32,000 bases of DNA, taken from Candidatus Fokinia solitaria (GTDB lineage: Bacteria; Pseudomonadota; Alphaproteobacteria; Rickettsiales; Midichloriaceae). The DNA lies in assembly GCF_003072485.1 (NCBI RefSeq), contig NZ_CP025989.1, positions 420,001 to 452,000 of the forward strand, read 5' to 3'. A program made the translations under genes and the position numbers. The notes beneath the pieces are model-generated. The model did no database searches, had not been told where the DNA came from, and saw only the letters and a program-made list of their open reading frames with translations. Positions 28,526 to 32,000 of this stretch are shown here, in pieces (the first letter of the stretch is position 1; each line of letters begins with the position of its first letter).

Positions 28526-29134
28526 ATGTTGTGTTATGAACGTCCTGGATTAATTGGCACGAAACTTGGTATGACTCAAGTTTTTGTTGATGACATTGCT
28601 GTACCTGCAACTGTAATACATATCCCGGAAAATCTTCTCATCGGCTTTAGAACAAATGAGAAGAACGGATATCAAGCTGCGGTGCTTGGTATACGATATC
28701 GTGACGAAAAGAAGAGTCGCAAAAAATTATATGCGATAATTAAAGAATTTAAGCTAAACTCTCTTGATAACTTTAGTGAAGGTCAATCATATGATGCTTC
28801 TCATTTCACTCTAGGACAGAGTGTAGATGTTATTGGTCATGCTATAGGTAAAGGCTTCGCAGGTGGTATGAAGCGGCACGGATTTAGAGGAGGAGATGCT
28901 TCTCATGGTGCTTCTATCTCTCATAGAGCACTCGGCTCAACTGGTGGAAGACAAGATCCAGGTAAAGTATTCAAAGGAAAAAAAATGGCAGGACATATGG
29001 GAACAAATCGAGTAACTACTAGAAATTTAAGAGTGCTTGATATTGATGCAGAAGTCTCTATTATCGTGGTTAAAGGCTGCGTACCTGGTAGCAAGGGAAA
29101 GACTGTGCTGCTAAGAGATTCTACTATGAGATAA
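28526..29134 (+). CDS. rplC: 50S ribosomal protein L3
   Basis: ERPGLIGTKLGMTQVF and GKGFAGGMKRHGFRGGDASHGASISHRALGSTGGRQDPGKVFKGKKMAGHMGTNRVTTRNL. Start uncertain; the track gives 28490 (GTG). Confidence 0.96.
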   Translation: MLCYERPGLIGTKLGMTQVFVDDIAVPATVIHIPENLLIGFRTNEKNGYQAAVLGIRYRDEKKSRKKLYAIIKEFKLNSLDNFSEGQSYDASHFTLGQSVDVIGHAIGKGFAGGMKRHGFRGGDASHGASISHRALGSTGGRQDPGKVFKGKKMAGHMGTNRVTTRNLRVLDIDAEVSIIVVKGCVPGSKGKTVLLRDSTMR

Positions 29135-29157
29135 TAAATTTTACGTTCTTTCTTTTT

Positions 29158-29799
29158 ATGAAACATCAAGTTTTAGACTTTCATTCTAGTTCGGTTAGTG
29201 CCGAAATAGAACTTCCGAACATCTTTGATGTCGAAATACGACCAGATATCATACATCGTGTCATATGTTGGCAACTTGCTAAGAGAAGACTCGGTACTCA
29301 TAAAGTTAAAGGTAGAAGTGAAATAGCTAAATCTACTCGCAAAATACATGCGCAAAAAGGAGGTGGACGCGCCCGTCATGGCGCAGCTAGCGCGCCTCAA
29401 TTTCGTGGCGGAGGAGTTACATTCGGTCCTGTGGTACGTAGTCACGAGTATAAGTTAAATAAGAAAGTGCGTACTATGGGCTTACATTCTGCCCTTTCAA
29501 TGAAATTACAGGAAAGCAAGATTTTGGTAGTAAACGATCTTTCTCTTCCATCATCTAAAACAAAGGAGTTATATGGAAGAATTTCTGCTTTGTTAAATGA
29601 TAAGAAAAGCACATCTAAGATTTCGTGTCTTATGGTGGATAAAGAATGTCATACTTCACTTTGCCTCGCTTCAGCTAATATGCACAATATTGACGTTCTA
29701 CCAGTAAAGGGATTGAACGTGTACGATCTGATTAAACATGAGTTTACAATATTCTCTAAAAGTGCAATAGTTAGCATGGCGGAAAGCATCATTGCTTAA
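29158..29799 (+). CDS. rplD: 50S ribosomal protein L4
   Basis: QLAKRRLGTHKVKGRSEIAKSTRKIHAQKGGGRARHGAASAPQFRGGGVTFGPVVRSHEYKLNKKVRTMGLHSALS. Confidence 0.95.
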   Translation: MKHQVLDFHSSSVSAEIELPNIFDVEIRPDIIHRVICWQLAKRRLGTHKVKGRSEIAKSTRKIHAQKGGGRARHGAASAPQFRGGGVTFGPVVRSHEYKLNKKVRTMGLHSALSMKLQESKILVVNDLSLPSSKTKELYGRISALLNDKKSTSKISCLMVDKECHTSLCLASANMHNIDVLPVKGLNVYDLIKHEFTIFSKSAIVSMAESIIA

Positions 29800-29968
29800 A
29801 CTTTGATTTTTTGCTTCAATAAAACTAAATAGTGAAACTTTTTTTAAAGGTAGTAGCTATCTTTAGAGCTGTAGCGCATCCATTTGAATCGTGTATTGTA
29901 TTCTATTGAGTAGTTATATATTGAAAAAGTTCGCTGCTTAAAATATTTAAACTAACAAGATTGATTGC

Positions 29969-30913
29969 ATGGCTAATATTCCAAAGAATGCTATAGGAGA
30001 AAGGCAATACATCATCCAAGAACATGATAGTATATTAGTACAAAGCTTCAAATTTGGCGTATTACCTATAATCGGATTAAGCGCAGCATACTTTCTTATC
30101 AATTACTTTTATAAAGAAGGTGATAGCGAAGCTGCAGATACAAAAAACACGAAATATGCTGAAATTAACGTGTGTAATAACGAATGGAGAGAATATTTTG
30201 TCATAAATCAAGTATGTGAGAAGCACTTTAAGATTTTAAAAAAAGATAATGAAGAAAGAATAAAAAGGTTACAGACGCAACTCGAGAGAGTAAAAGTAAG
30301 AGAGAAAGAATTGCATCACAAAGTAGAAGAAAGTGCACATCACAGAGCAATTTTATCTGAATTAAAAGAAGACAAAAAGAAAATAGAGAATGAATTAAAG
30401 AGAATAGAAATATTAAGGCAAAAAAACGAATGCAATATGAAGGATAAGAAAGAAATGAGCGATGATGCAAACAGTAATAACGTCATTAACCGAAATATTA
30501 GAAAGGCTTATGATGAAGAACATGCTTTAACACTAAAGGGAAGAAAAGAATATATAGCGGAGTGCTCATTGGTAAAAATTCACGATAATCGAGCGCAATA
30601 CTTAGAATCGCAAATATCAAAAGCACTTTCACAATATGAAGCGATGTCAAATGAAGCAGAAAAGTTACCAGTACTAAGCTGCAAGAAAAATAGCTTAACA
30701 GAAAGCTTTGCAGTATCGCAGCTTTTTAAAAAGGAAGTTGCTATAACTCAGCAATGCAATGAAGAGGCGCTTCATGATAAATACAACAGGATAAAATACG
30801 TCTTACTAGAGCTTTCTGAAGATGAGAAAGCAGAAGTTTGCCTGTATTATAATGAAGCAATAGGAGAAGTAATAAAGAATGGTGAAAATCTCAACGACAT
30901 AACATTCGATTAA
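29969..30913 (+). CDS. Hypothetical protein: one N-terminal transmembrane helix plus long charged coiled-coil
   Basis: 314 aa; FGVLPIIGLSAAYFLINYF followed by heptad-like Glu/Lys-rich IKRLQTQLERVKVREKELHHKVEESAHHRAILSELKEDKKKIENELKRIEIL. Confidence 0.65.
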   Translation: MANIPKNAIGERQYIIQEHDSILVQSFKFGVLPIIGLSAAYFLINYFYKEGDSEAADTKNTKYAEINVCNNEWREYFVINQVCEKHFKILKKDNEERIKRLQTQLERVKVREKELHHKVEESAHHRAILSELKEDKKKIENELKRIEILRQKNECNMKDKKEMSDDANSNNVINRNIRKAYDEEHALTLKGRKEYIAECSLVKIHDNRAQYLESQISKALSQYEAMSNEAEKLPVLSCKKNSLTESFAVSQLFKKEVAITQQCNEEALHDKYNRIKYVLLELSEDEKAEVCLYYNEAIGEVIKNGENLNDITFD

Positions 30914-31070
30914 AGCAAGTATCTCATATATGAAAAGTTCTCCTTACTCATATCAAAGTGCTGATAAAATGAAAAGGGGAAAATATCGCAATGCAGCCAG
31001 GCTCATATCTTCTGTACTCTATAAAATGCAAAATCTAATAGCTATCTCGCGATACACAACTCATAAATAA

Positions 31071-32000
31071 TTATCTATTATAGAAATTTTTCGTGAGTAT
31101 AATATCTTCTTCTGACAGTTCATATACTTTATCTTCTACTTCATTCGCTAAAATATACATTTGATTCAAATCTAACATCTTGCAAAAAATCTCCTTCTGT
31201 TTACTCAGACTTAGTTCTTTAAATTCCTCTCTTTCTACAATCGCATCGCCATTTTGTCCTTCAAAAAAGCGTTTCGCATTGAAGTTGTACTTAAAAAAGT
31301 ACTTCTCATAAAGCTTATGAAATAGCTTTTTCAACTCTTCTAGACTATTACAGGATAATAATTGCTCTTTTGCTTTTTCATTCCATTTCGCTAATTCAAA
31401 ATAACAAAAGCTTCCTCCTCCTTCCCATTTTTGATTCTTACTAATGCCTCCTTGCTCTCCTTCAATCACTTTTTCCATTCTCACTTTCGTTATTGTTTCT
31501 ACGTAATCCATTTGCTCTATCATAATCCACCTTCTTTTCATCTTATGCGCTACCGCTCCTGTTGTGCCACTCCCTCCAAAAAAATCTAGCACTATATCTC
31601 CTTCTTCCGTCGATATTTGAATCACCCTTTCTATCAATTCTTCCGGCTTTTGTCCTTGCCCTTTAAAATCTTGCACTAATTCTTTTGCCTGCGTTCTTGT
31701 CTGCAAAGAATAAACATCCCACACATCGCCTATTGGTAACCCTTTTAACTCTGATAAATACACCTTCTCACCATTTCTAAATCTATATTTGCCATTACCA
31801 TCTTCCTTAAAAGAGTTTTGAATATAATTCTCAGTATATTCAGTATATGCTAACTTTTTGTTGAAAAAATATTTACTATTATTCTTACTATAAAACAGAA
31901 TCGTTTCATGTTGACGTACATATCCTTTTACAGTGCTTTTATATCCTGATACACTACCTAAATTCCAAATGATTTCCCTTTGAAAATTTTCTCTACCAAA
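31071..32000 (-). CDS. Site-specific adenine DNA methyltransferase, beta-class (type III Mod-like), truncated by the window edge
   Basis: ORF track starts at GTG 31763, but the frame is open to 32000: FGRENFQREIIWNLGSVSGYKSTVKGYVRHQETILFYSKNNSKYFFNKK...KYRFRNGEKVYLSELKGLPIGDVWDVYSLQ..., then GQGQKPEELIERVIQISTEEGDIVLDFFGGSGTTGAVAHKMKRRWIMIE. Confidence 0.88.
   Translation of the reverse strand, partial: FGRENFQREIIWNLGSVSGYKSTVKGYVRQHETILFYSKNNSKYFFNKKLAYTEYTENYIQNSFKEDGNGKYRFRNGEKVYLSELKGLPIGDVWDVYSLQTRTQAKELVQDFKGQGQKPEELIERVIQISTEEGDIVLDFFGGSGTTGAVAHKMKRRWIMIEQMDYVETITKVRMEKVIEGEQGGISKNQKWEGGGSFCYFELAKWNEKAKEQLLSCNSLEELKKLFHKLYEKYFFKYNFNAKRFFEGQNGDAIVEREEFKELSLSKQKEIFCKMLDLNQMYILANEVEDKVYELSEEDIILTKNFYNR

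Noticed and set aside
1-32000. CRISPR arrays, transposases, IS ends, phage genes, rRNA
   Set aside because: None seen; no regularly spaced repeats or mobile-element protein motifs in the ORFs.

Overview
AT-rich (~1/3 GC by eye) bacterial chromosome segment, gene-dense, carrying mostly conserved housekeeping genes on both strands. Gene content, protein style and scattered ribosomal genes suggest a reduced, probably Rickettsiales-like alphaproteobacterial genome (inference). Recognisable genes: rplL, gltX, fabH, miaA, infA, rplW, yidC, nth, dam-type methylase, IMPase family, holC-like, folB, ftsY, MazG-like NTP-PPase, rpsB, infB, glyQ, trmD, PDH-type E2, peroxiredoxin, dnaN, dprA, ubiA, rplC, rplD and a beta-class DNA methyltransferase running off the right edge. 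Two tRNAs (Glu-TTC, Arg-CCG) are present. No CRISPR, transposase, prophage or convincing multi-gene novel system was found. The most interesting items are: (1) a 522-aa ORF (21297..22865) that looks like a mannose-1-phosphate guanylyltransferase-like protein with its catalytic signature lost; (2) dispersal of operons that are normally conserved (L23 separated from L3/L4, rplL without rplJ, rpsB without tsf, glyQ without glyS); (3) a divergent HU/IHF-like protein lacking the canonical arm; (4) an orphan Dam methylase plus a second methyltransferase without a visible restriction partner; (5) several lineage-specific membrane or coiled-coil proteins; (6) a strong hairpin between rpsB and infB. 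All calls are from reading the sequence; no database search was run.
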